Both the position numbers and the translations under genes were made by a program. A DNA stretch of 64,000 nucleotides from an uncultured Desulfuromonadaceae bacterium (lineage in GTDB: Bacteria; SDB-A): contig CAYNIW010000008.1 of assembly GCA_964397545.1 (NCBI GenBank), positions 5,478 to 69,477 of the forward strand, in the 5' to 3' direction. Shown here piece after piece: positions 9,342 to 19,135 of the stretch; the stretch's first letter is position 1, and every line of letters begins with the position of its first letter. The notes under the pieces were generated by a model that saw nothing but the letters and a program-made list of their open reading frames with translations, was not told the DNA's origin and did not search any database.

Positions 9342-11545
9342 TTTACCTTCACCTCCATGTTGAAATTTCTTCCTTCTACCGGCATCTGTTCCACTACCAT
9401 ATATCTGTCGTCAAAAATATTTTTCACTGAAAAGCCTAATACGGCATCAAATTGCCCTGCCTTCGCGGAATAAGAAGCATAAATTCCCGCGTTTCTGTAT
9501 GGCTCGAGAGACGTCCGGGAATAATTCATCGGATCTGTGTTAGCTTCTCTCGTGAATCGCCTTGCCACAGCCCGTAATTCTATTCCGGCTCTCAGAGGAC
9601 CGAATATCACACCGGTTCTGGCTGTTAATCTGTAACGAGGAGAATAAGTAACCTGGTTTCCGTAATTGATGTCTCCCCTTGTCCTGTTGACAACATTCTG
9701 CAGGGATATTCCTGAACCTATGAATATATTCTCCGTCAAATCCGCTTTGAAAGATGCATCGCATCCCGTCCCTTCCGCTCTCGCCATGTTTACAGGCCGG
9801 TATTGACCTTTGAAATTTCTTCTCCATACTATCATTTCCTCGAGAATACTGAAAAAAGCCGATACCGAGAGAGACCAGCTAAAAGGCTTCTCTCCCGACA
9901 TGCTTAAATTAGCCCCGGCTGTCCTTGAAATTTCAGGGAGAAGGTCGGGGTTTCCGGCTGAATAGACGTTTTCTGCGGCGTGCGTGTGAGAAAAATCGGG
10001 GAAATGCATGTTCAGTGAATACGTCAATCCGGCTGAAGTTCTGAAATATTCCATCTGGTTTGAAATGGAAAAACCGAAAGAATACGACACAAAAGTTTTT
10101 GTTTTATCACGCCATAAAGGCGCGATCTCAGTTTCAATTCTGACCGAGGAACGCCCTAAAAATCTTTCCGAAGACAATCCTATCGCCAATTGAGCATCAT
10201 TTCTTTCGGCGGAGTTTTTTTCTGTAAAAAGCCTAAGCAAGTCTTCGCTCATGTATTTCTGCCTTGACAGACTGCTTTTCAGGCTCAGCTCGGAATTGTA
10301 AATTGATCTCACGGAGCAGAACATGATGACGTTCTCATTCGTCGTATAGGTTTTTGCCCTTTCGGGGTAAAAACGGACACTGTCGCTCTGTCCCGGAACG
10401 GGCTGATATTCAGGGCAGTTATATAAAGATTTTTTGAGGTCAAAAGAATAACTCGCGTATAAGAACTTACCTTTATAACTCCTCGATATTCTCGACCAGA
10501 CGAGGATATTTTCGCTTTCAAGCCTCGACAGTGTCATTAAGGCGCCGTCGGCCTGACCGGGAATTCCTCTTTCTGCGATATCTCCGGCGGCTGAAATCTC
10601 GACGAAAAAAGGCGCTCCGAAAGCTGTTCTCAATACAGCGCCCGATGATCTTGAGTCGCTGTTCAAGAGTCTCTCACCGGGATAACCTTCGGCTTCATAT
10701 CCGCCGCCGTATTCCCTATGGAAACAATCGAGAGAAAAACTCAGGGACGGAAATACAAAACCATCTACTCCCAGCCTCGTGCCTGTATAAACCCTCCCCC
10801 ATGATCCTTTTGACAGAGAAATTTCGTTTTCGCCTGAACCCGGTTCTTTGAGGTAAATCATTATTCTGCCCCCGGGTTCTTCGGCGGCTGAAGGATTGTT
10901 GACAACCACTATGCTCTTGACCGCGGAAAGCGGTAAGGCTGATAGGTCGTATACGCCTGAAGCGGGATCGTTTACTTTTACTCCGTCAACATAAACGGAC
11001 ACTCTTCCTGCCGAAGGCCCGCTGAGAATAATTTTCGAATACCCGCCCTCATTCTGCCTGTTAACAGTCACCCCCGCAAACCACTCCAGTATCTCAGGTA
11101 TGTCATTTTTTCCGGATTTTTCTATATCCTCTTCGCTTATGATCTCGTAATTCTGAAAAACCCGGGGGGCCCCCCAAACAGTCACGCCTTCGACGGTCAA
11201 ACCCGACGGAATTATATTCACTGAATATTCCCTGGTTTCCGCGTGCTCTAAAAACAAATTATTCTCAAGTTTTTCATACCCGAGCCTTTGAAAGAGAGCC
11301 GTGTGCTCTCCGGCTTGTATGCCGTTCACGGAATATTTCCCGCTGGCGTCCGTCAGAGCCGCAAATTTTCCGTCTATAAAAACAGAAACAGTAGCTACAG
11401 GGCAAAGATCATAAGCATCGCGGACGGTTCCGGTCAAAACCGCGCAGAAAGAAGCGGTTGAAAAAAAGTGGGTTGTTATGAAAAAATATTTGAAAATAAA
11501 AAACCTCTCCTTTCCATGGAGAGGTTCCGCACGCGGCTTTTGCAC
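9335..11545 (-). CDS. TonB-dependent outer-membrane receptor (BtuB-like) with a CarboxypepD_reg-like N-terminal domain
   Basis: Signal-like FFITTHFFSTASFCAV. CarboxypepD_reg-like LTGTVRDA...SGKYSV. Plug/barrel region ending in an aromatic C-terminus (...NMEVKVKW). It lies directly downstream of a cobalamin riboswitch. The ORF-track ATG at 11545 sits inside the riboswitch terminator loop. The true start is probably downstream and non-ATG (uncertain). Confidence 0.75.
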   Translation of the reverse strand: MQKPRAEPLHGKERFFIFKYFFITTHFFSTASFCAVLTGTVRDAYDLCPVATVSVFIDGKFAALTDASGKYSVNGIQAGEHTALFQRLGYEKLENNLFLEHAETREYSVNIIPSGLTVEGVTVWGAPRVFQNYEIISEEDIEKSGKNDIPEILEWFAGVTVNRQNEGGYSKIILSGPSAGRVSVYVDGVKVNDPASGVYDLSALPLSAVKSIVVVNNPSAAEEPGGRIMIYLKEPGSGENEISLSKGSWGRVYTGTRLGVDGFVFPSLSFSLDCFHREYGGGYEAEGYPGERLLNSDSRSSGAVLRTAFGAPFFVEISAAGDIAERGIPGQADGALMTLSRLESENILVWSRISRSYKGKFLYASYSFDLKKSLYNCPEYQPVPGQSDSVRFYPERAKTYTTNENVIMFCSVRSIYNSELSLKSSLSRQKYMSEDLLRLFTEKNSAERNDAQLAIGLSSERFLGRSSVRIETEIAPLWRDKTKTFVSYSFGFSISNQMEYFRTSAGLTYSLNMHFPDFSHTHAAENVYSAGNPDLLPEISRTAGANLSMSGEKPFSWSLSVSAFFSILEEMIVWRRNFKGQYRPVNMARAEGTGCDASFKADLTENIFIGSGISLQNVVNRTRGDINYGNQVTYSPRYRLTARTGVIFGPLRAGIELRAVARRFTREANTDPMNYSRTSLEPYRNAGIYASYSAKAGQFDAVLGFSVKNIFDDRYMVVEQMPVEGRNFNMEVKVKW
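11493..11524 (-). terminator. Intrinsic terminator forming the expression platform of the cobalamin riboswitch
   Basis: Minus-strand CCTCTCC-ATGGAAA-GGAGAGG stem-loop followed by TTTTTTATTTT. Confidence 0.5.
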
Positions 11546-11587
11546 CGCACACGAACCCCCCGTCGTGACGATTCTAAACTCTCCTGC

Positions 11588-11705
11588 GCCAGGTTTTCTG
11601 ACTCTCGCTTCTCTCTCGGGCGAACCTTCCCGGTTTTTACCAGTGGTTTAACTCGCCTTCGTCAGCGATCACAGCGGCGGGGACCGTCTCCGTTCAGCGG
11701 AACTT
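11588..11705 (-). promoter_or_regulatory. Cobalamin (AdoCbl/B12) riboswitch aptamer
   Basis: Minus-strand read carries AAGGGAAG...GACGGTCCCCGCCGCTGTGA...CCACTGG...GGGAAGG...AGTCAGAAAACCTGGC. These are the conserved GGGAA, CCCGCCACTG and B12-box (AGTCAGGA.ACCTGCC) elements in the correct order and spacing. Confidence 0.75.
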
Positions 11706-11786
11706 CCCTTGTCGCCGAAGAATTTTTAAGGCAAAATTAAATCATTTGTGATATTAAATGTCAATACTATTAAAGGCAGTGTTTAA

Positions 11787-12575
11787 TTGGCGAAAATTAT
11801 ATCCATAACTAATCAGAAAGGCGGCGTGGCAAAAACCACCACTGCCGTCAATCTCGGCGCGTCGCTCGCAGCAGCCGAAAAGAAAGTCCTCATAGTTGAC
11901 GCCGACCCTCAGGGAAACGCGACAATAGGACTCGGGGTCGAGTCCGCCAAGTATAAAAATCTCTACGATGTTTTTTCAGGATCGTGTTCTCCGCACGACG
12001 CCATAATCAAATTCGACTACCTCCCCTTCTTTCACCTTATACCAGCTTCACAGCATCTTTCTGGAATGGAAGTTGAACTCGCCGGGGAAAAAGACAGAAA
12101 TCATTTCATAAGAAATTCTCTTGCCGAACTCGGAAGCTTTTACGACTATATTATTCTCGATACCCCTCCGACTCTCGGCATCCTGACAGTCAACGCTCTC
12201 GCCGCAGCGGACGGGATTTTGATTACAATGCAGCCTGAATTTTACGCCCTCGACGGGCTGAGCAAACTTATGATGACATTCGAACTCATCAGAAAAGAGC
12301 TGAATCCTTCTCTCGAAATTGACGGTATTGTTTTCACTCTCGTGGACCCCAGGCTTAAACTTGTCAAAGAAATAATGGACGAAGTGAGGAAGTATTTTCC
12401 GGAACACGTCTTTGCAACATACATAGCGAGAAACGTCAGACTCGCCGAGGCGCCGAGCTTCGGCAAACCGATACTGCTTTATGACGCAGATTCGGTCGGC
12501 GCGAAAAATTATGTTTCTCTCGCCGTTGAGTTCTTAAAAAGGGAAAGGCTTAAATATGAAAAAAAGACTGGGTAA
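11787..12575 (+). CDS. parA: Chromosome partitioning ATPase ParA/Soj
   Basis: MAKIISITNQKGGVAKTTTAVNLGASLA is the deviant Walker A motif. The apparent start is a TTG codon. Confidence 0.9.
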   Translation: MAKIISITNQKGGVAKTTTAVNLGASLAAAEKKVLIVDADPQGNATIGLGVESAKYKNLYDVFSGSCSPHDAIIKFDYLPFFHLIPASQHLSGMEVELAGEKDRNHFIRNSLAELGSFYDYIILDTPPTLGILTVNALAAADGILITMQPEFYALDGLSKLMMTFELIRKELNPSLEIDGIVFTLVDPRLKLVKEIMDEVRKYFPEHVFATYIARNVRLAEAPSFGKPILLYDADSVGAKNYVSLAVEFLKRERLKYEKKTG

Positions 12576-13419
12576 AGGTTTTGACGCTCTCATCGGCTCG
12601 GCGTCCTCTCTCAAAACAACCGAAGACGCTCTTGTCGAGTTGGACGTAGATCTTTTAAAAAAAGGGAAATTTCAACCCCGGACATACTTTGACGACGAAA
12701 CTCTCAACGAACTTTCCCAGTCAATTAAACAAGACGGCATCATTGAACCGCTTATAGTAAGGCCTTCAACTGACGGAAGATACGAGATAATATGCGGCGA
12801 AAGAAGATTCGAAGCCGCCAAAAAGGTCGGTCTGAAAAAAGTCCCGGTTCTCATCAGAGACGTTCCCGATCTGAAAGCCCTCGAGATTTCCATGATTGAA
12901 AACCTGCAGAGAGAAAACCTCAACCCCATCGAGGAGGCTGAAGGATACAACATCATGGCATCGAGATTTCATTTGAGTCAGAACGACATTTCCGAAAGGG
13001 TCGGAAAAAGCAGATCGGCGGTGGCCAATTCCCTCAGGCTTCTGGAGCTCCCCGAAGAAGTTAAGATCCTCGTCAGAAAGACGAGCATCTCAGCCGGGCA
13101 CGCGAGAGCCATACTTTCTCTCAGGGAAAAAAGACTGATGGCCGCAGCGGCACAGAGAATAATTGATAAAAACCTCTCCGTCCGCGAAACAGAGAGTTAC
13201 GTTGAAGATATTAAGAAAACCCACAAACCAGGTAAAAGGAGAAAGCAGAATTTCTCAAATCCTGAAATATCCGCTATCGAAAGCAAATTGTCCGAAAAAA
13301 TCGGAAATCCGGTAAGGATAAAAATGGCCGGTAAAAAAGGAAGGCTCGTCATAGAATTTTTTTCCTACGATGAACTCAATTTATTGATGAAGCGTTTCGG
13401 CCTGACGGAACTGCAGTAA
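12556..13419 (+). CDS. parB: Chromosome partitioning protein ParB/Spo0J
   Basis: GKGFDALIG. ParB box IEPLIVRP...YEIICGERRFEAAK. HTH region. It overlaps the parA end. Confidence 0.9.
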   Translation: MKKRLGKGFDALIGSASSLKTTEDALVELDVDLLKKGKFQPRTYFDDETLNELSQSIKQDGIIEPLIVRPSTDGRYEIICGERRFEAAKKVGLKKVPVLIRDVPDLKALEISMIENLQRENLNPIEEAEGYNIMASRFHLSQNDISERVGKSRSAVANSLRLLELPEEVKILVRKTSISAGHARAILSLREKRLMAAAAQRIIDKNLSVRETESYVEDIKKTHKPGKRRKQNFSNPEISAIESKLSEKIGNPVRIKMAGKKGRLVIEFFSYDELNLLMKRFGLTELQ

Positions 13420-13438
13420 TATTTCAGCAGGAGGTAAG

Positions 13439-14512
13439 ATGAAATCCACCAACGACCGATTAAAGTTTTTTTGTGAAATTCCGGGTTTGACCGGCATGGA
13501 ATCTTCCGTAGCGAAAAAGTTTATCGAGGAAACAAAGCCATACTCGGATGAAGCATACATAGACCGCGTCGGAAACGCCGTGGCTGTGAGGAAGGGCAAA
13601 GGCAAGAGAAAAATACTCGCCGCGGCGCATATGGATGAAGTCGGGCTGATTGTGACCAAAATTCTCAAAGGCGGATACCTTCGTGTCTATCAGGTCGGAG
13701 GAGTTGACAGATCAATTCTTCCGGGCCAGGAAGTTTTAATCCACACTTCAAAAGGAGATATTCAAGGAGTGGTCGGCTCAAAACCACCTCATCTGATGAC
13801 CCAGGAGGAGCGCAAAAAGCCTTTTCAGTGGGATAACATCTTTATTGACACCGGCCTCGACGAAAAAGACACTCTTTCAATGGTCTCGGTAGGAGATTTT
13901 GTTTCATTCAAGGCAAAAAGCGTGGAGCTTCTCAACAAGAGCTTTTCCTGCAAGTCAATAGACGACAGATTCGGGCTTGCGGTGCTTTTACTGACGCTGG
14001 AAAGACTGAAGAACGTCGAGTTGGATTGGAGTTTTTACGCTGTAGGAACTCTTCAGGAAGAATGGACGGGTTTCGGCGCTAAAAGTTCTGCTTACGAAAT
14101 AAGCCCCGATGTCGCGGTGGCTCTCGACGTGACTCACGCCAACATGCCCGGCCTCAAGGAATCCGAGACTTTCAAACTCGGCAAAGGCATCACTCTGGCT
14201 GTGGGTCCCAACATCCACAGAGGAATTCTTACAAAAGCGAAAAATATCTGCAAATACGAAGAAATTCCGTTCTTCACTGAAATAGCGCCATACGGAACAG
14301 GAACAGACGCCTACACGATCCAGCTCGTCAGAAACGGAATTCCCTGCATAGTCATTTCAGCTCCGGTAAGGTCCATGCATTCTCCTGTCGAAACCATATC
14401 CCACAAGGATGTAGAAAGATCGGCGCGCCTCCTGTCTTCATTCGTGACCCAGCTCGAAGAATCCGATCTCGATATAGACAAAACCGAACCCATTGAAGAT
14501 GAAAAGGAGTAG
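13439..14512 (+). CDS. M42 family (TET/FrvX-type) aminopeptidase, paralog 1
   Basis: AAAHMDEVGLIV...DDRFG...QEEWTGFGA...VRSMHSPVE motifs. RBS AGGAGG. Confidence 0.85.
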   Translation: MKSTNDRLKFFCEIPGLTGMESSVAKKFIEETKPYSDEAYIDRVGNAVAVRKGKGKRKILAAAHMDEVGLIVTKILKGGYLRVYQVGGVDRSILPGQEVLIHTSKGDIQGVVGSKPPHLMTQEERKKPFQWDNIFIDTGLDEKDTLSMVSVGDFVSFKAKSVELLNKSFSCKSIDDRFGLAVLLLTLERLKNVELDWSFYAVGTLQEEWTGFGAKSSAYEISPDVAVALDVTHANMPGLKESETFKLGKGITLAVGPNIHRGILTKAKNICKYEEIPFFTEIAPYGTGTDAYTIQLVRNGIPCIVISAPVRSMHSPVETISHKDVERSARLLSSFVTQLEESDLDIDKTEPIEDEKE

Positions 14513-14515
14513 CCG

Positions 14516-15547
14516 ATGTATCTTGAAAAGCTTTCAAACCTCTGCGGCGTAGCCGGCTACGAACACGCCGTCAGGAAATTCATCAAAGAAACCATATCGG
14601 AACACGTTGACTCCGTCCAAACAGATTCATTGGGCAATCTGATATGTATAAAAAAAGCCAAAGAAAAAGGTCCGAAAATACTTTTAACCGCCCACATGGA
14701 TGAAATAGGCTTCATCGTTGAAAGCATCTCCAAAGACGGTTTCGTTCATTTCACCCCATCCGGAGGAATAGATCCGAGAATCCTTCCTGCAAAACGCGTT
14801 TTGATAGGAGACAAATCGGTGCCCGGCATTATCTGCTGGCCGCCCCCTCATCTCGTAAAAAAACCCGGCGCCTCAATACCTGAAGTCTCAAGTCTCATTA
14901 TAGACATAGGCGCAGAGAGCGACAAAGAGGCTCAGAAAAAAATCGCGGTTGGAGATTTCATCACTTTCGACACTGTTTTCGGCCATCTCAGCAAAGACAG
15001 AGTCAAAGGAAAAGCATTCGACGACAGGATGGGCTGTTCTCTTCTTATGGAAATACTGAAAAATAAAGAAGGATACCCTTTTGATCTATACGGCGTTTTC
15101 ACCGTCCAGGAAGAAGTCGGCCTGAGAGGAGCCGGAGTTCTCGGAGAGAGAATCAATCCTAAAGCGGCTCTCGTTCTCGAAGGGACTGGAGCGGCTGATT
15201 TTCCTCAAGAAGACGAAGATCTCGACCTTCCTTCTTATCCGTGCCTCGGAAAAGGCGCGGTTGTCACTTTATCGGACAACTCGATACTCGTCAGTAGAAA
15301 ATTGACCGACCTCGTAGAAAAAGTTGCAAAAGAAAAAAAGATAAAGTATCAGTTTAAGCAGCCGCAGATAGGAGGAACAGACGCGGGAAGAATACACATT
15401 TCGAGGAAAGGCATCCCTTGCGCGATTTTCAGTGTCCCTTCAAGATATATTCATTCACCTGTATCCATCGCGTCCCTTTCGGATTACAGGGAAACTCTGA
15501 AACTCGCAGAAGCTTTCCTGCCTGCCCTCGTAAAATCATTTTCATGA
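14516..15547 (+). CDS. M42 family aminopeptidase, paralog 2
   Basis: TAHMDEIGFIV, FDDRMG, QEEVGLRGA, RYIHSPV. Confidence 0.85.
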   Translation: MYLEKLSNLCGVAGYEHAVRKFIKETISEHVDSVQTDSLGNLICIKKAKEKGPKILLTAHMDEIGFIVESISKDGFVHFTPSGGIDPRILPAKRVLIGDKSVPGIICWPPPHLVKKPGASIPEVSSLIIDIGAESDKEAQKKIAVGDFITFDTVFGHLSKDRVKGKAFDDRMGCSLLMEILKNKEGYPFDLYGVFTVQEEVGLRGAGVLGERINPKAALVLEGTGAADFPQEDEDLDLPSYPCLGKGAVVTLSDNSILVSRKLTDLVEKVAKEKKIKYQFKQPQIGGTDAGRIHISRKGIPCAIFSVPSRYIHSPVSIASLSDYRETLKLAEAFLPALVKSFS

Positions 15548-15560
15548 ATAGGAGTCAGAA

Positions 15561-16565
15561 ATGAGAGACATTGCCGAAAAATTCACCCAGATATACGGTC
15601 CTTCCGGAAGCGAGAATAAAATACGCAAAGCCATAGAATCCGAAATAAAACCTTTCGTGGACGAACTCCACACCGACAATCTCGGAAATCTGATAGCGAG
15701 AAAAAAAGGACCTGGAAAAAAGATCATGTTTGCCGCCCACATGGATGAAATCGGTGTAATAGTCAATTACGCCGACGAAAAAGGCTTTCTGCGGTTTGCC
15801 CCCGTGGGAGGCGTCAACCCGATTATCACGGCAGGACAAAGAGTGGTTTTCGAAGACGGGACAACAGGAGTTGTCGGCTGTGAATTCAGGGACATAGCGC
15901 CCGGAAGCTTTCCTCCCCTCTCGAAAATGTTCATTGACATAGGCGCGAAAGACAGAAATGAAGCTCTTCTGAAAGTTAAAATCGGCGATAAAGCGGGTTT
16001 TCTCCAGGGCTTTTCCGTTAACGGCCAGCGTTGGATTTCCAAAGCTTTCGACGACAGGATAGGATGCGCTGTGATAGCTGACGCGCTGAAGAAAGTAAAA
16101 AAACCTTCAAATGATCTTTATTTCGTGTTCACGGTTCAGGAAGAAGTCGGTTTAAGAGGCGCCAAAACTTCAGCTTACGCTGTCGAACCTGACCTTGCCA
16201 TCGCGGTTGACGTCACCGGAACCGGCGACACTCCCAAAGGCTTCACGATGTCCGTGGAAATGGGAAGAGGGCCCGGACTGAAAATCATGGACGCCTCCAT
16301 AATAGTCACAGAAAAGGTCAAAAACTTCATGAGAAGCGCCGCCGAAAAGAGAGGCATCCCCTTCCAGAATGAAATTCTCGTCTTCGGAGGAACGGATGCC
16401 GGCGCGTTCAGCGTCACAAAATCGGGAATTCATTCGGGCTGTATATCCGTCCCTTCAAGATACATTCATTCTCCGAGTGAAATGGTCGATTCCTCAGATG
16501 TCGAAAACGCTTCGAAGTGGATCGTTTCCCTTTGTGAAACAGACGCCTCTCAGGCGGGTTTTTAA
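15561..16565 (+). CDS. M42 family aminopeptidase, paralog 3
   Basis: AAHMDEIGVIV, FDDRIG, QEEVGLRGA, RYIHSPSE. Confidence 0.85.
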   Translation: MRDIAEKFTQIYGPSGSENKIRKAIESEIKPFVDELHTDNLGNLIARKKGPGKKIMFAAHMDEIGVIVNYADEKGFLRFAPVGGVNPIITAGQRVVFEDGTTGVVGCEFRDIAPGSFPPLSKMFIDIGAKDRNEALLKVKIGDKAGFLQGFSVNGQRWISKAFDDRIGCAVIADALKKVKKPSNDLYFVFTVQEEVGLRGAKTSAYAVEPDLAIAVDVTGTGDTPKGFTMSVEMGRGPGLKIMDASIIVTEKVKNFMRSAAEKRGIPFQNEILVFGGTDAGAFSVTKSGIHSGCISVPSRYIHSPSEMVDSSDVENASKWIVSLCETDASQAGF

Positions 16566-16571
16566 CAATAT

Positions 16572-17303
16572 ATGAGATCGGACGGCAGACCCGGCGACGC
16601 GACGAGACCGATTAGGATCACGGCGCCTTATCAGAAAAATGTGCCGGGGTCATGCCTTTGCCAATACGGGGACACATGGGTCTGCTGTTCCGTCTCTCTA
16701 AACGATGGAGTCCCCGCGTGGCTCAAAGGAAAAGGGCATGGGTGGCTGACCGCTGAATACGGCATGCTTCCGGGCTCGTCATCTCAGAGGGTCCGAAGGG
16801 AAAGGATTTACGCCAATTCAAGGTCTCTTGAAATAGGCAGGCTTATCGGGCGATCTCTTCGTTCAGCTGTCAATGTCGAATCCCTTCCGCAGATAACTCT
16901 CACCGTTGACTGTGATGTCATTCAAGCTGACGGGGGGACGAGAACGGCGTCAATTACAGGGGCATGGGTTTCTCTCGCCATCGGTGTCAGCGAAATGCTT
17001 TCAAAAAAAATTCTCAAAACAAATCCCGTCATAAGGCAAGTGGCGGCAATGAGCGCGGGTTTCTGCAAGGACCACCCGCTTGTGGATCTGGACTACGAAG
17101 AAGACAGTTCAGCCGATTTTGACGCGAATTTCGTGTTCACCAAAGACCTCGACATAGTCGAGATACAATCTTCCGCAGAAGGCTTCCCCATAGAAAAAAA
17201 GAGATTTTTTGCTCTTTTTGAAACTGTCTTGGGAATAATGCCTTCGGTTTTTTCGGTTCAGGACGAGGTCCTCGAATCCCTATCAGTCTCCGTCCAATGC
17301 TGA
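16572..17303 (+). CDS. rph: Ribonuclease PH
   Basis: MRSDGRPGDATRPIRIT...GSCL..GDT.V...V and TAEYGMLP are the RNase PH signature. Confidence 0.9.
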   Translation: MRSDGRPGDATRPIRITAPYQKNVPGSCLCQYGDTWVCCSVSLNDGVPAWLKGKGHGWLTAEYGMLPGSSSQRVRRERIYANSRSLEIGRLIGRSLRSAVNVESLPQITLTVDCDVIQADGGTRTASITGAWVSLAIGVSEMLSKKILKTNPVIRQVAAMSAGFCKDHPLVDLDYEEDSSADFDANFVFTKDLDIVEIQSSAEGFPIEKKRFFALFETVLGIMPSVFSVQDEVLESLSVSVQC

Positions 17304-17339
17304 CGGGCAGCACTTTCACAAAAACCGTGGACACGCATA

Positions 17340-18292
17340 TGAACAGGGTTCGTCTCGATTCATATCTTACGGCTTCCGGCGCTCCGACGAGCAGGTCGAG
17401 GCTGAAAAAACTCATAGAAGAAGGCAAAGTGACCGTCAACGGCGAGACGGTTCGCGTTCCCCATCATTACTTAAAAAGAGGCGACATAGTTGAGGTTGTT
17501 TTTCCGAAAGAACCGGGCCTTTCCCTCGAACCTGAAAATATCGAGATAAAAATTGCATACGAAGACGAAGATATTGCAGTTGTGGACAAGCAATCCGGTA
17601 TAGTAGTCCATCCGGCTAAAGGAAACAGGGGGGGGACTCTTGTAAACGCGCTGTTGTATCACGGCAGACTTTCCGAAAAAGGAAAGGACGATTACCGGCC
17701 GGGAATAGTCCACAGGCTCGACAAGGACACTTCGGGACTGATGGTGACGGCTAAAAACGATAAAGCATACAGAAGCCTGCAGAATCAGATTCTTTATAGA
17801 ATAATGATACGCGAATACTTGACTCTTGTCTGGGGGGACCCGGGAAAAGGCGGAACTATAGACGCGCCGATAGGGAGAAGCACTGTGAACAGAAAGAAAA
17901 TGGCGGTGACTTCCTTCAGATCCAAAGAAGCGAGAACTCATTACAGAACCCTCGTAAACTACGGCGCGGCGACTCTGATTTTGTGCCGTTTAGATACAGG
18001 AAGAACTCATCAGATTAGGGTCCACATGAGCCACGCCGGACATCCCGTAATAGGCGACCGGGAATACGGCGGTTTTACAAGATATCCCAAAGGGGTCTCC
18101 GGCAAATGGTCGAAACAGATTGGAATAATCAACTCGCTCGCCCCGAGACAGGCTCTTCACGCGGCGAGGCTCTCTTTTGACCATCCGTCCGGCAAAGGGA
18201 AAGTGAGATTTTTTTCGCCTTTGCCCGGCGATCTCATCCCTCTTTTTTTATTCCTTTCCAGTGAGAGATCCGCTTATTTGTATTCCACGTAA
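17340..18292 (+). CDS. rluD: RluA-family 23S rRNA pseudouridine synthase (RluD-like) with an S4 domain
   Basis: N-terminal S4 (RLDSYL...SRSRLKKLI). Catalytic HRLDKDTSGLM. The ORF-track start at 17297 overlaps rph, so the internal ATG at 17340 is preferred. Confidence 0.75.
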
Positions 18293-18801
18293 ATAACTGA
18301 CACCATAGTATTGCCAGTATTCGAGTCCTTAAAAGTGCTTACCGTAGCTTCGGTTTTCTCTTTCTTTATCTGTATCAGATAACCTTCTGTAGTTGATGTC
18401 TCCAAAACCGTTTCCCATCCGCTGAGGTTTTTGTAGCGGGTCGCCGCTTCTCGCGGACTGTCTCCAGTTTCGAACACAACAGTGTAATGGCTGAAGTCGG
18501 GTTCATCTGAGACCATGACGCTTCTGGCTTTTCCTCCGGGATATATAAGTTCGCGGTTCAAATCATAATCACTGAGGTCCACCTCTTCAGCATACTCATA
18601 AGAACCCGTTGAATCCTTGATCGTCACATTTCCGTTGGAAATATCGACCTGGTCTCCCGTCAGGCCTTCCGTTATTTTTTCTCCGAGTTCTTCTTCAACT
18701 TTCTGTGATATTTTATCTCCGAGGTTGCACGCTCCGCAGCAACCCTGTATAAATAAAACCAGAGATAAAAAAACCGAAATCATAATCGTTTGTCGAATCA
18801 T
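18274..18801 (-). CDS. Hypothetical lipoprotein
   Basis: Signal plus lipobox (LFIQGCCGAC). No recognisable domain. Confidence 0.4.
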   Translation of the reverse strand: MIRQTIMISVFLSLVLFIQGCCGACNLGDKISQKVEEELGEKITEGLTGDQVDISNGNVTIKDSTGSYEYAEEVDLSDYDLNRELIYPGGKARSVMVSDEPDFSHYTVVFETGDSPREAATRYKNLSGWETVLETSTTEGYLIQIKKEKTEATVSTFKDSNTGNTMVSVIYVEYK

Positions 18802-19016
18802 TTTTCCTCCGTTTCTCCGGGTTTTTCACTTTTTTTTCTCAGCTCATAATTTCTTTTTTTTACCAAACTTATCAAGGTAACGACGAAAACATCTGTTCCC
18901 AAAACGATTAAAGCAATAGGCCAGTCTCTCCTAACCTCGAGATAACCAGCGTTCGACAGCCATGCCAAAGCGCCGAAGATTATCAAAAGTATACTGAAAT
19001 TCAAATAGAACTTCAT
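18798..19016 (-). CDS. Small two-TM membrane protein (hypothetical)
   Basis: Two hydrophobic helices and a basic C-terminus. Its stop overlaps the downstream lipoprotein start. Confidence 0.3.
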   Translation of the reverse strand: MKFYLNFSILLIIFGALAWLSNAGYLEVRRDWPIALIVLGTDVFVVTLISLVKKRNYELRKKSEKPGETEEK

Positions 19017-19135
19017 TTTTCCCCCTTTCGCAAGATAAAATTACAACAACACGGTGCGTCCTGTCAAAGAAAATGCCCCGGCCTTGCTTTGGCATAAGCA
19101 TAGGATTAAAACAAAATAATAAAGAAAGGATCCAA

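Noticed and set aside
11787-13419. parS site (TGTTTCACGTGAAACA) near parAB
   Set aside because: I only saw isolated half-sites (for example GTGAAACA at ~16533) and no full palindrome by eye. This needs a pattern search.
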